Shown here piece by piece: positions 36,472 to 47,895 of a DNA stretch of 64,000 nucleotides (the first letter of the stretch is position 1; the number at the start of each line of letters is the position of its first letter). The stretch is taken from NCBI GenBank assembly GCA_026023565.1, contig JAPETS010000065.1:1-64000 (forward strand), given 5' to 3'. The stretch is from Cirrosporium novae-zelandiae (lineage: Eukaryota). The notes beneath the pieces were generated by a model. The model saw only the letters and a program-made list of their open reading frames with translations. It had not been told where the DNA came from and searched no databases. Both the position numbers and the translations under genes were made by a program.

Positions 36472-39430
36472 GATCTTCGGAGGGATGGATGCGCCAATGG
36501 ACCTGGATAAGAAGGGTCGGCGGGCCCCACGTTTAGGTCTTGAGGTCCCTAAGGCCGGAATAACTCCGCGTACTTGTCCTGTACTTATTCTTTGACCTTT
36601 AGTTGAAACTTTGGGAATTGGTCCAAATCAAAACTTCTTCTCATACTTTAATACTTGACCATCTCCTTGCGTCCTTTATCTAAGTATCCAAATTTGATCA
36701 TGGTCCTTTCAGTCGTCGGCAATCTCAAGTTTGGCCCACCCGTTGAGTCATAATCGTTCGGGGTACTGTACGTGACGAAGCTCAAATCTGGACTGAACTC
36801 ACCAAAAGTTTCATGGTCCATATCTCTCCCCAAGAGTTTTTCTCTCACTTCATTTCGACTTTCTCCTGGACGTCGAACTCCGCACCTCAAAGGACTATCA
36901 GGACACGGCAAAAATTGATGGTTGTAACTCCCGCAAGCTGAGGATTGGCTGATGAGTTCTTTCAAGTCTTTAGATTCAGATTCGGATGTCATAACCTCAA
37001 CCGATTCTTTCTTTACCCAGGACTGGCTTGATTTGTCTTGAGAAAGACGGGAACTTTCGACGTTTACAGCCATGGTGTACAGAAGTAATACTTAAAAGTC
37101 CTTTAAATGACCAATGTTAGGAGTGATCAATGGCGTGCGAGTGAGCCCAAATTGTGACCGCACCTTCCTTATTGCACTTTGGGTCCTGAAGGCTGGAAGT
37201 CCGCTTGTTTCTGCGGAAGCCCTGACGTCTTCCTTGAATTTGGAAAAATTCCCTGTATCTAGCGAGGAAATATGTGTTACTTGCACCAGCAATGTCTGCG
37301 AGCCGCTATCATATATATTGGGCTTTGTTTTCAGTGACCAATATTTATCCGGAGTATTCTTCGAGATTAAAATAATCCAAACGTATATCTATCTGATTTT
37401 TTTGCCGTGTCTGATCAATCAAAGTGGCTGCCTGAGCCTTCGGTGTCTTGCAGGATAAGACACAAATGAGGAGCCCTCATGAGCTGTTTGCTACTTTTGC
37501 TTCAATCACCCTACAATATTCGTTTACTTGAATTGTATAGTGCCTTTGTTTGTTATCTTGTCAAGCTGAAAATTCGCAGCTCTATGCCTTGGGAGGACAA
37601 TTGGTGTATGTTCACCGCTTGTCAGCACTCTGCTATTGGTGTTCGGATTACCCTCTTGGAATCCCTCCGACCACGGCGGTCAAACAGCAAATTACGCTCA
37701 AGTCAAGACCAAGTCAGGACAGCTTCCTAGAATGTGTTGTAGGTTGCTGTTCTCGAGATAGTTGCAAGAAGCAACCTTTTGAAATGTACCATCCATTTAC
37801 GACCATTATCTCTAGATGAACAATTCAAGCGAAGACGATAAGGTCTATTTACGGGGCAACCCTTAGCAACCATTTCCACTCACCGACCTACTGATGCGTG
37901 TTCAACGTGTTTATCGTTGAGATGATGCCCTAATGACACGTGGGTATTTTTATGTGTATCTATTATCTACAAAGTACCATTCTACCACGGTCCTCAAGGT
38001 GTCTGAAGCCTATTCGATATACTATAATTACCGCACTACCAGATGCCATCCCACATGGTTAAACTTCCACGTTATTCATGCCCCAAGGTCTAACTTGGGG
38101 ATGGTGAAGATCAGTAGCATATCATTCAATTGGGCCAATTATAAGGACCATGGAATCTCCATAGAAGGTGGGTTGAAGGAGGTCTCTAAGGTCAAAAGAA
38201 CCTCGATTTTGGCTTTACTGGATACATAAATCCAGGGTTTCTAGTGGCAGTTCTTTGATGAGTGTCTGCGAGATGCCGGGATCCATGTAGTGTACAGTGA
38301 CGGCATTCCTGCACCCAATGGGTTTGTTGGATACTCGGCATGGCTGTAAGTATCAATGGTATGGGCTAGTATGCTGACCTTGCGCGAGGAAGTGGAGTCC
38401 AAAGCCATTGGCGGATTCCGGCTACGTGCCATAAGACGACCAGCAGCGGGAGAGCCGAGGAGGGTGGAGTAAATCTGCATTGGTTCCAGACGATCGGCGG
38501 GGATCAACAGCGAGTCGGAAAAATCTTCCAGGAATTTGACGGATGTGTGGTGGAAAATGCACACTATTAGTGAAGACAACATATGTTAACGTTACTACGT
38601 AAATGGAGATGGAGGGGCAGACAGTGAATAACAATAGGCCAAGTCCACACTCTCGATGCTCAATGCCCATATAGGCAGGCGGTTTGTCCTGGTAGCATTT
38701 CATGATCAACAGTAACTCAGCGTCCATAGTTGAGCTACATTGATGGGCCACTTATTCAATTTTCTCGGTTTGTGCAAGAATAGTGCCTATCACAACTTTC
38801 GTAGAGGTCAAGTCAAAAGTGGAAAGGACGGGGTTAATGGATTTTCGGGTTGATGCATGGAAAAAGAGCTCGTGGGGCCAATGGGGACCTGATTGCTTCG
38901 TCCCAATTCGATAGAGAATAGAATCCGAAGGGCATATTCCGTCAAAACCCTGGATGAGGGGCTCGTACGGCTTGAAGGCTACTGCATGTGACAACAACCC
39001 TTTTGAACCAACTCCAAAATCGGCGCATATATTGGAGAATGATTGAATGCCAACAGTAAATATGATTCATTTTTTTTTTGTTGGGAGAGAGGTAACAACG
39101 CAGCTGATGTGAACCCTCAAAGCCCCCAAAGCCCCGGATTCAGATAAGGACAATGCAGCATAGACACTGGTAATGAGGTAAAGAAAGCCTATCGAGGAAT
39201 AGAAGGAACTTTTGTGGGTATGGAATGATTTGAGGATATGAGAGTTTAGAGTAGGGCAACACAAAGACAAAGATGAGAAGAGCTGAGGAGAGAGGAAGAG
39301 ATGGAAACGCACCGCCTCATTATTTTGATTTGATTTTCCTGCGCCACAGATACACGAGATGAGATGATGGTTGCGATTTGTTGAGAATTCCTTGATTTTC
39401 TGATTTTCTGATTGTACTGTACTTGATTTC

Positions 39431-39500
39431 TTGCTCTGGCAGTCTCTAGCACTCTGGCACTCTCTGGCACTGGCACTCTCTGGCACTGGCACTTCTAGGC
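39431..39500 (+). repeat. Short tandem repeat (CTCTGGCA / CTGGCA units)
   Basis: ctctggcagtctctagcactctggcactctctggcactggcactctctggcactggcact. Confidence 0.7.
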
Positions 39501-40438
39501 TCTGCTTTAGACTCCTTAGGCTTTCTAGGCCCATTCTATCATCCTTGGCTTCTTTTTGGCTTCTTGATGTCCTCAGGCTTACCACCCCCCCCCCCAACTG
39601 TGCCACTCCCACTCCCACTCCCACTCCCACTCACACACACAAACAACTTTTCCTTAGAGCCAACTTCTTGATTGAGCCGCCCGTCTTTTCTACCCTTTTT
39701 AGACTCTCCGGTTTCAAGCGATTTGCAACTCTCTTTACTTTCTACCACTTGTAATGTGCCGGCCTTGAACGGCTTCACGGCAATTGGAACCATAAGTCCC
39801 CGTCAAAATGGATCAATGAATTAAATCCCAAGGGCAATCAGTCACTTCTACCCTCTAGCCATCAATCAAATGGTGACAACAAAGTCCACTAACTACATTT
39901 ACTCTTTTCACTCAACTGCATTCCCGTCGTGGTCTCTTCCATGCTCCCAAATCTCACCTTAGTTCCTCCCCCTCCATTATGCAGGCCCCGAGAAACAGTC
40001 TCAATGTCTTAGGCAGGAATGCATTGTGACGACGCTCCCCAGTAAAAGGACGTCACAAAAATACAATCGATACAATCGTATCAAAGGAGAATGCGAAATA
40101 AGGAAAATAAGGCTTATACCTTGCCATTGTTTCTGGCAAGAGCTGGTAGGTCACAAGCCCCAAAACCATCCTTTATCCCTCATCTGTCAGAAACGTCTTT
40201 ATAGTTCATAAATCCTTCTTAATATAAGGTCCTTCCAGGTCAAAACGGGGAGCTTCCACCGCCATTTCTAGTCTCCTGTTTTCGCGGCACTGACCACTCT
40301 TGACCTCCTTTTCATACTTTTCAAACTCTCCACCACAAAGTCTGCAGGCAGATTTAACCTCACCATCACCATTGTACTGAGTACATTGTTTCTCTCTATA
40401 CCATTTCCCACAACACAACTTCCCGTCTATCCAATCCA

Positions 40439-41730
40439 ATGGCTCCTCTAGGAGAGACCATCGCGGTGTTCGATAAGTCGGGTAAAATTGTTAGCACCGT
40501 GAGTTCTTCTACCCCTCCAAATGCTTTGGTCCCTGTTGAAGCTAATACCATCTGAAGAGCAAACATATCTTCGCCGTCTTCAAAGAAGCAAAAGATGCCT
40601 ACAAAGAACGAAAAGCTGAAATACGCGCCGTAAGAGCAGCTGAACGATTTGCCGCCGAGCAAGAACAACAACAACAGCAGCAGCTTCGTAGAGCTATAAA
40701 AAGTCGCGATAGCAATGACGATGGAAAATCGATAGCATCGTCGCATCGGTCTCACCGATCAAGTCGTTCGAAACACCATTCCAAATCCCATGGTCACTCT
40801 CGATTTATATCTGAAGACCTTGGTGCATCCCATTCTCCTGCAGAACTTGACCGCCGCCATACCACCCAGGATGGCCGTGAATTGGCTGTCCGACCACCCC
40901 CAGGCGCTCTTCGCCGCGCAAATACCACACCAGCCCATAATGTCGATATGGACCTTGCCTATGGTGAACTACCGCCGGATTTCCATGAAGAAGAAGCCAA
41001 GGAACCAGCGGCGGATGATGGGCTCGATGGTCTCGTTACTCGCTGCAAGGATCTCCTGGATGAAGCCGACTGCGCTGGCGCATCGGCTACAGCAATGATC
41101 CAGCATTTGAATAAAAACCCTGACGCCATGGCCGCTGTAGCTCTTACTCTTGCCGAAATTAGCAATATTGTGACAAAGATGTCACCAGGTATAATAACTG
41201 CCTTGAAGGGTGCAGCGCCTGCGGTTTTTGCACTTCTCGCAAGTCCCCAATTCTTGATCGCGGCGGGTGTAGGTGTCGGCGTTACAGTTGTCATGCTTGG
41301 AGGATACAAGGTTATCAAAAAGATACAGGCACAACAACCTACAGTACCGCTCCTTGAAAATGCACCCGCGCAGCAACAACCGGAAGTCGACGAAGGGGGC
41401 ATGGATGAGCTTCTGGAACTCGGAACCAGCAATGACAGGATTGAGAATTGGCGTCGTGGAATTGCAGACGCGGAAGCCAATAGTGCGGGAACCGGCGTCG
41501 ATGGCGAATTCATCACGCCTAATGCGGCACGCCTTTCATGTCTCAATGTCAATGAGCTGAAGAGTCAAGCCTCCAGCAGAAAAGAGAGGAAATCAAAGAG
41601 CTCGAAAAGCGGAAGAAGTCATTCTGGAGGCCATCACTCATCCGGCTCCAAGAGAGATTCGAGTAAGAAGGAGAAGGTTAAGGTTAAGGCCAAGAAGCCT
41701 TCGCCTTTACGATTGATGTTCCATGTATGA
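40439..41730 (+). CDS. Conserved-looking fungal hypothetical protein with one predicted TM segment and basic Ser/Lys tail; intron 40499-40557
   Basis: Exon 1 MAPLGETIAVFDKSGKIVST|GTGAGT..AAG|SKHIFAVFKEAKDAYKERKAEI is in frame with ORF 40882-41730, which contains DMDLAYGELPP, AMAAVALTLAEISN, SPQFLIAAGVGVGVTVVMLGGYKVIKKI and RIENWRRGI. Confidence 0.85.
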
Positions 41731-43320
41731 TGATGATTAAGGCATGAACATGAACATGAACATGAACATGATGAGACGTCGATGATTGTTTCCATATACG
41801 TATATTCGCACCCTTACATGACATACGTGAGGTTGCACATTGCATCTTCTAACGGGTATATATTGCATATGACGGGAGTTGACGAGACTGATTACACGAA
41901 TCTTGATATCCAAACGGTCTCCTTTGCATGCTTATTATTTATTCCATTCTATTCTAGCGTCCTTGATTATCCGAAATCATTATTGGATGCTGAGGTGTTT
42001 TATAGCATATACATTATCTCACATTATCTTAGAACCTTGTACTGTAAATTTTAAATTAAATTGATGTTTCCCACCAGTTGGTCAGTTTGCATGATATATC
42101 TGCGCCTATGATCATATAGATATGTATACTGACATCAGACGATACATTATCCATCGGTGTCATGGTCCTGCATGAGGTAGCAGTACCCAAGAGCAGGGTA
42201 CCAACCACGTCAGAAATCACATCGCACGAAAGCCCTGCATAATTCAAGCCAACAAGCAAAAACAAGACAAAAATGATATCATAAATTAAATACCAAGATT
42301 CCACGATTTACCATAACGACAACATCATCCATCATTGCTCTACTGAGAAACAAAAAAAATCAACATCAAACGCAAGACCCCCTTGAGTCAAATCATCAAA
42401 CCAGGCACCCGCGCGCACCAACGCACCAATCCTTCAGGAAAGAGCAAAAAAGCTTAAAACCCGCCAAGGCGGGGCCTTGCGGCCTTTTCATTGGCGTTGA
42501 CAGGTGTGAGGACCCGTGCAAAAAGGGCATGCAGGGATCAGGCGGATTCTTCTGCTTCATTGCTTCACCTTAACTTTGACCAGCCACAGTCTTTTACCGC
42601 CTTCTACCACTTAGCGGTGCGAGCCCAATCCAACCAAAAAGTCTCGGACTCTCGGACTTTCGGTTCCAACCACCCAGACGCTAGCACTACGGCCCCACGG
42701 GCACTTGTAACGAACCAACCAAAGGTGGGAAGTTCGTGATCTTCCAGCCACCGCTGTTTTTCTGGCGTATGCACTACGTAAAGAACGTAAAGATGGCTGG
42801 GAAGATGGAGGGGGAGCAATAAAATGGAATGAGAGGAACGTGGTTTGGATGTACATCACTTCGCAACTTGTTTACTTGCTGAGTACGGTTATTGCAGTTG
42901 CAATATTATATTACATATCAGTTTCTTATTGGAAGAGGCTGTTTGAATTGATTTGAACGATTGAATTTATTGATACGATTACGATATACCCTATAACCAT
43001 TACCATACCATATCACACCACGACAAACGATATCAGTATCTTCAAGGAATATTACCATCATCACGACCGAGGGTTACTATAACCATTGCCAAATACTCCT
43101 CTGTCCATCCCATCTTTTATTTATACCCAAGTCTCAATTCTAGACACCTGAGCAAGGCATCCTGAAAAGGCACTGCTTGCTTTGCATACCTGCTTTACAT
43201 CTCAACCAAACCCCCTTCAAACAAACACACCGTACGTTACCCAAACCATCAATCCATCGAGGCAAGAGGAAGGAAAAACTAACCTTCACTCTTTAGAACT
43301 CAACCAAACCAACAGCAACC

Positions 43321-43497
43321 ATGGGTCTCAAACGCAACGACGTAATTGCCCTCATAATAATAATCCTCTTCATTGTCCTCGCAGGTGTTGGGTACGGAAT
43401 CTACGCCATCCAGAGGCAGGTGTCGCTATTCCAAAGGGGGATGAGGCATCCCGTTGATGATGAGGAGAGTGGGAGCAGTTCTAGTTCACAAGATTAG
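43321..43497 (+). CDS. 58-aa single-pass membrane microprotein
   Basis: MGLKRNDVIALIIIILFIVLAGVGYGIYAIQRQVSLFQRGMRHPVDDEESGSSSSSQD*. Strong start context (CAACCATGG), A/C-rich leader, and a 3' region resembling neighbouring 3'UTRs. It falls below the 60-aa ORF-track cutoff. Confidence 0.65.
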   Translation: MGLKRNDVIALIIIILFIVLAGVGYGIYAIQRQVSLFQRGMRHPVDDEESGSSSSSQD

Positions 43498-44632
43498 GTG
43501 GATGGATAGAGAAAGATTGTGACGAACCCTTTTTTCACCTGCATCTTATGGATGGAGTTAAGATTATACGGAATGATATGGACAATTATGCATGACAGCT
43601 ATGGACATGGATACGGACATGCAAAGGCGTTTTTATTTTATTTTCTGTGAATGTGTGAATATTTTGGTTTACTTTGATGATATGATGTCATGGATGAACG
43701 GATGGGTGGATAGACGATGAGGAAGAGGAGGAGGAAACCTCAACTGAGACTGAACCTTACAAAGATTGTGAATATCAAGATTGTATATATATATGTAGGT
43801 GGTGGATATGATTAATGATACCCCCTTTGTCCTTATGGGATGGGTGACGCATAGACTAGATAGTTGAACCAACGTAAATTGGAATTTCAAAAGAAAGTTG
43901 ATGTCTAAATAGTAAGCTTCTTTTATAGTGTCTGCTTTAGTTATTCTCTTATACAAATATCAAATATGACATAACTTGCTTGATATACAATATCCTTTGC
44001 TCTTCCATTGCTTTTTCCCTTTTATTTCCTGTTCCTTTCTCACCTCTCACCATCCTATCCCATCTTATATATCAATTCCCTGCCTTCTCTTCCTTCCCTT
44101 CTTTATAATGTTCGATTCCAGCCACCTCCGCCGGCACCGCCAGAGAGACTTTGACATAAGTACCTGGGTACCTAGCACTGCGTACCGTAGAAGTGATGGG
44201 CAAGGGGAACCTTGTGTAAAGTGCCTGCAGCTGCAGGTTTCCGAAACCTTCGATCTTAAATCCCAGCCCTCCGCATTTTCAAAAGTTCAGCATTTATCCA
44301 TTGCTGCATCTATGGCTATTAAAATATAACCATACTTTATAAAATAGTATTATTAGTAACGAGAAATTATTCGGTGATGAGCTGTCGCTGGTTCCTTAAC
44401 CTATGGCAGCGTGCCACCTTTTACTGTGGTATCTTTAGTTGCGTCACAAGTTTATCGATAACGAGCGTTGCTGCGGCAACCCAAATGCTGGAAGTTTGTC
44501 AATTGGAAGCTCCTGAACTTCTCCAGCCATATGCTTTTAGACTATCATTCCTCAGTATTTTTATCCATGAACATTCCAGAGACGTCGCATCCCTCGACCC
44601 AATTACCTCGATTCTCAAAAATTGATTGCTGA

Positions 44633-46905
44633 ATGGCGAGGCCGCCCCGTGAATCTCCGGCCCGTCACAAGGCAAAGCGCAAATCCACCAACCCTAATGG
44701 TGACACCAGGGCCTCGCCAGCTCGACATGGCCATAGAAATGGAGAAAGAAGCGCACATAGAAAGACGAGGCATGTGATTACCGATAGCGCGGATTCAGGC
44801 ACTGGGCTACTTTCGCATGATGCCCTAACGAGACTCAATATACAAAATACCCTGAGAGCTGAGGAGGAGAGGGAGGAAGCTAGGCGGAGAGAAAAAGAAA
44901 ATAGAAGACGGAAAGAGAAAGAGGCAAGAAGACGGAGGGAGAAGAGAGCTGCTGCGGCAGTAGCAGCAGCGAGAGACAAGCATGAGGGGAATGTCGTCAT
45001 AGGAAGAGAGGCCAAAGAACGACGTAAAGGCAAATCAAAGAGAGTTGTCAGCGGAGCAATCCTAGAAGAAGGCAGAGGAGGTCCACGAGCGAGACGGAGA
45101 GGTGGTTTTGAGGAATCAGACCTATCCAAGCAAGAAAAAGAGCCAAACCCAAATAAAAAGAAGTGGATTATTATCGGGGCCGTTGTCGCTGTAGTGCTGC
45201 TGGTCATCATTATAGCCGTCGCAGTGTCTGTTTCAAAAAAAAGCTCAAGCTCGAGCTCGAGTTCAGATTCAAGTTCAGAGCCTACAGATGCCAGCTCGGC
45301 GACAATATCAAACAATTGTACGGGAGCGAATGTCCCGGTAAGTATTTCCAATACCAATTAACATATCAAGTTGCCAAAGCTAATGATATTTGCAGGTCTC
45401 GGCAAAAGATACATATTGGGATCCATGCTCATGGTATGACACAACCGATTTCAATGTCACCTATACAAACGATACTGTCGGCGGCCTCCCCATTATTGGT
45501 CTAAACAGTACCTGGGATGACACAGCTCAAGCCAATGATAATGTTCCAGCGTTGAATAAGGATTGGGATTATGGAACCATGCCCATTAGGGGAGTCAATC
45601 TAGGAGGTTGGCTATCTATAGAACCGTGGATTACACCATCACTTTTCGACACTTATTCTTTGGATTTGGGCATTATTGATGAGTGGACTTTATGCGAGCA
45701 CCTGGGTTCAACCGAGGCTGCATCGACATTGGAACAGCATTATGCTACCTTTGTCACCGAACAAACATTTGCAGATATACAAGACTCGGGACTTGATCAT
45801 GTCCGTGTCCAGTATTCTTATTGGGCGGTGGAGACTTATGACGGTGATCCTTACGTGGAAAGGATCTCCTGGCGATATTTATTAAGAGGTCTGGAATGGG
45901 CTCGGAAATACGGTCTAAGAATCGATCTGGATCTACACGCCTTACCAGGAAGCCAAAATGGATGGTCACATAGCGGACATCAAGGCGTAGTTGGCTGGCT
46001 AAATGGAACAGATGGCACCCTCAATGCCCAACGATCTCTGGAAATCCATAATAAGTTGACAACATTCTTCGCCCAAGACCGCTACAAGAATCTCGTCACC
46101 CTCTATGGAGTGGCAAATGAACCTAAGATGATGAGATTGGATGTCTCGAAGGTTTTGAACTGGACAGAAAATGTCGTTACCACTGCCCGCAGCAATGGTT
46201 TAGATTCATATATTGTTTTTGGGGATGGCTTCCTTGGGCTCGACAACTGGCAAGGTCGGTTTGAGGGCATAAACAAGTTGATCTTGGATGTTCACCAATA
46301 CCTTATCTTTAATGTTGCGCAAATTGTCTACACCCACGAGAAAAAGGTTAGCTACGCCTGTAGTGGATGGACTGAGCAGACTTTGGCAAGTATCAACACG
46401 ACTACTGGGTAAGTTATTTTCCTTACTGCACCTCCCCTGTTTTGACTAAGTGAAGACTAATCACGGCCCCCACAGTTTCGGCCCAACGATATGCGGAGAA
46501 TGGTCTCAAGCCGATACAGACTGTTCTCTCTATCTCAACAACGTCGGGAACGGCAACCGCTGGACCGGCAACTTCACCGACCAGACTCATGATTCCCAAG
46601 ACGTATCAAGCCCCATCTGTCCCCTTAAAGACAGCACCTGCGAATGCACAACCGCTCTTTCAGACCCCTCTCAGTACTCTGACGAGTACAAGAAATTCTT
46701 GCTATACTTTGCAGAGGCGCAGATGTATAGTTTTGAGCAGGGAGGCTGGGGCTGGTTCTATTGGACATGGGAGACAGAGAGCGCACCACAATGGAGCTGG
46801 AAAGCAGGACGGGCTGCTGGCATCCTACCTAGCAAGGCATACAGTCGGAGCTGGGATTGCACAGATGATGTGCCGGATTTTAGCTCATTGTCAGAGAAAT
46901 ACTAG
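44633..46905 (+). CDS. exgD: Membrane-anchored GH5 exo-1,3-beta-glucanase (ExgD-like); introns 45338-45395, 46409-46475
   Basis: Basic cytosolic N-terminus with RVVSGAILEEG and a TM helix (WIIIGAVVAVVLLVIIIAVAVSV), then IRGVNLGGWLSIEPWITPSLF, DLHALPGSQNGWSHSG, ANEP (acid/base) and CGEWS (nucleophile). Confidence 0.92.
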
Positions 46906-47895
46906 TAATGCTTCAGATGAGAAAAGATGCTGGATTGATATATGATAGGACTGTTGGTTGCCAAGGTATATCCGGGTTATTGCTTTTTCGGACTGCTCTT
47001 TGGCATGGAGCTATGAAGAATGGTACGAGTGGAAATGGCATTTAACGGCGTTTTTTATTTATTGTTTTATCGTTTATTTGATTGTTTGATTGTTTGATTG
47101 TTTGATTGATACCTCATGTATATTTCCCCAACCAGTTGGGTTTGTGTATTGTGTATATATTCGGAAGCTACCCCAGAAACCGAGCTTTGACCGTTAATGA
47201 ACTAAAACTCCGCAAAACCCGCAAATGGTTCAATTTGCCTAAATTCATCCCCCCCCTCCGCACAAGCAATATTACAATCTCAGTTGAGCCAATAGCAGTT
47301 TCCACCAATCCCCTGGTGTTAATGAGGTCCATTTAATATATTCACCAACCTGATCATTCGCCTATCACGTTTTTAATTCTCTTCATTTCGAAAAAAATGT
47401 TCCCGAGATGGAGGACCGGGTAAATACAGAAAGTGTTTCTCATCCTTTCCTGGCATAATGGGTGGTTAACAACCTTCTAAATTGGAGAGTGCCCTTGACT
47501 CCCTGCGAAGATCAAATGATGGCATCTAACATGACATCCAATTGATTAATCTATACCGCAACCATTCCACGGCTCATTTCTTCCGCAACCTTCATTTGGT
47601 TGTATCTGGGGAAGACCCATCCTACCCCCCATCCCACCTCCACTGTTCTAACCTGTTCCTCTTTAACGTTACCCGCTTTAGACCCCATGTCCAGTAATAT
47701 TCTGCGTCTTGGGATAAGATCATTCTCATATAGATTCCCGGTGATTATTTGTCCGTATTTACTGCGCTGGGTAACATCATATGTCATTCTCCAGATTTCC
47801 TATGAGTATTAAAGCTCTTCTCCTTCCACTATGGCTGTGATTTTTTTTTCTACTGTAGACGAGTTCTCGAGTCCCTCGGGGTCAGCATAATCATA

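Noticed and set aside
39067..39793. 187-aa and neighbouring ORFs with SARECQ repeats
   Set aside because: They arise from short tandem repeats and poly-C tracts, with non-ATG starts and no coding evidence.
43182..43457. 91-aa ORF from the track
   Set aside because: It has a TTG start and is an off-frame overlap of the better-supported 58-aa TM microprotein.
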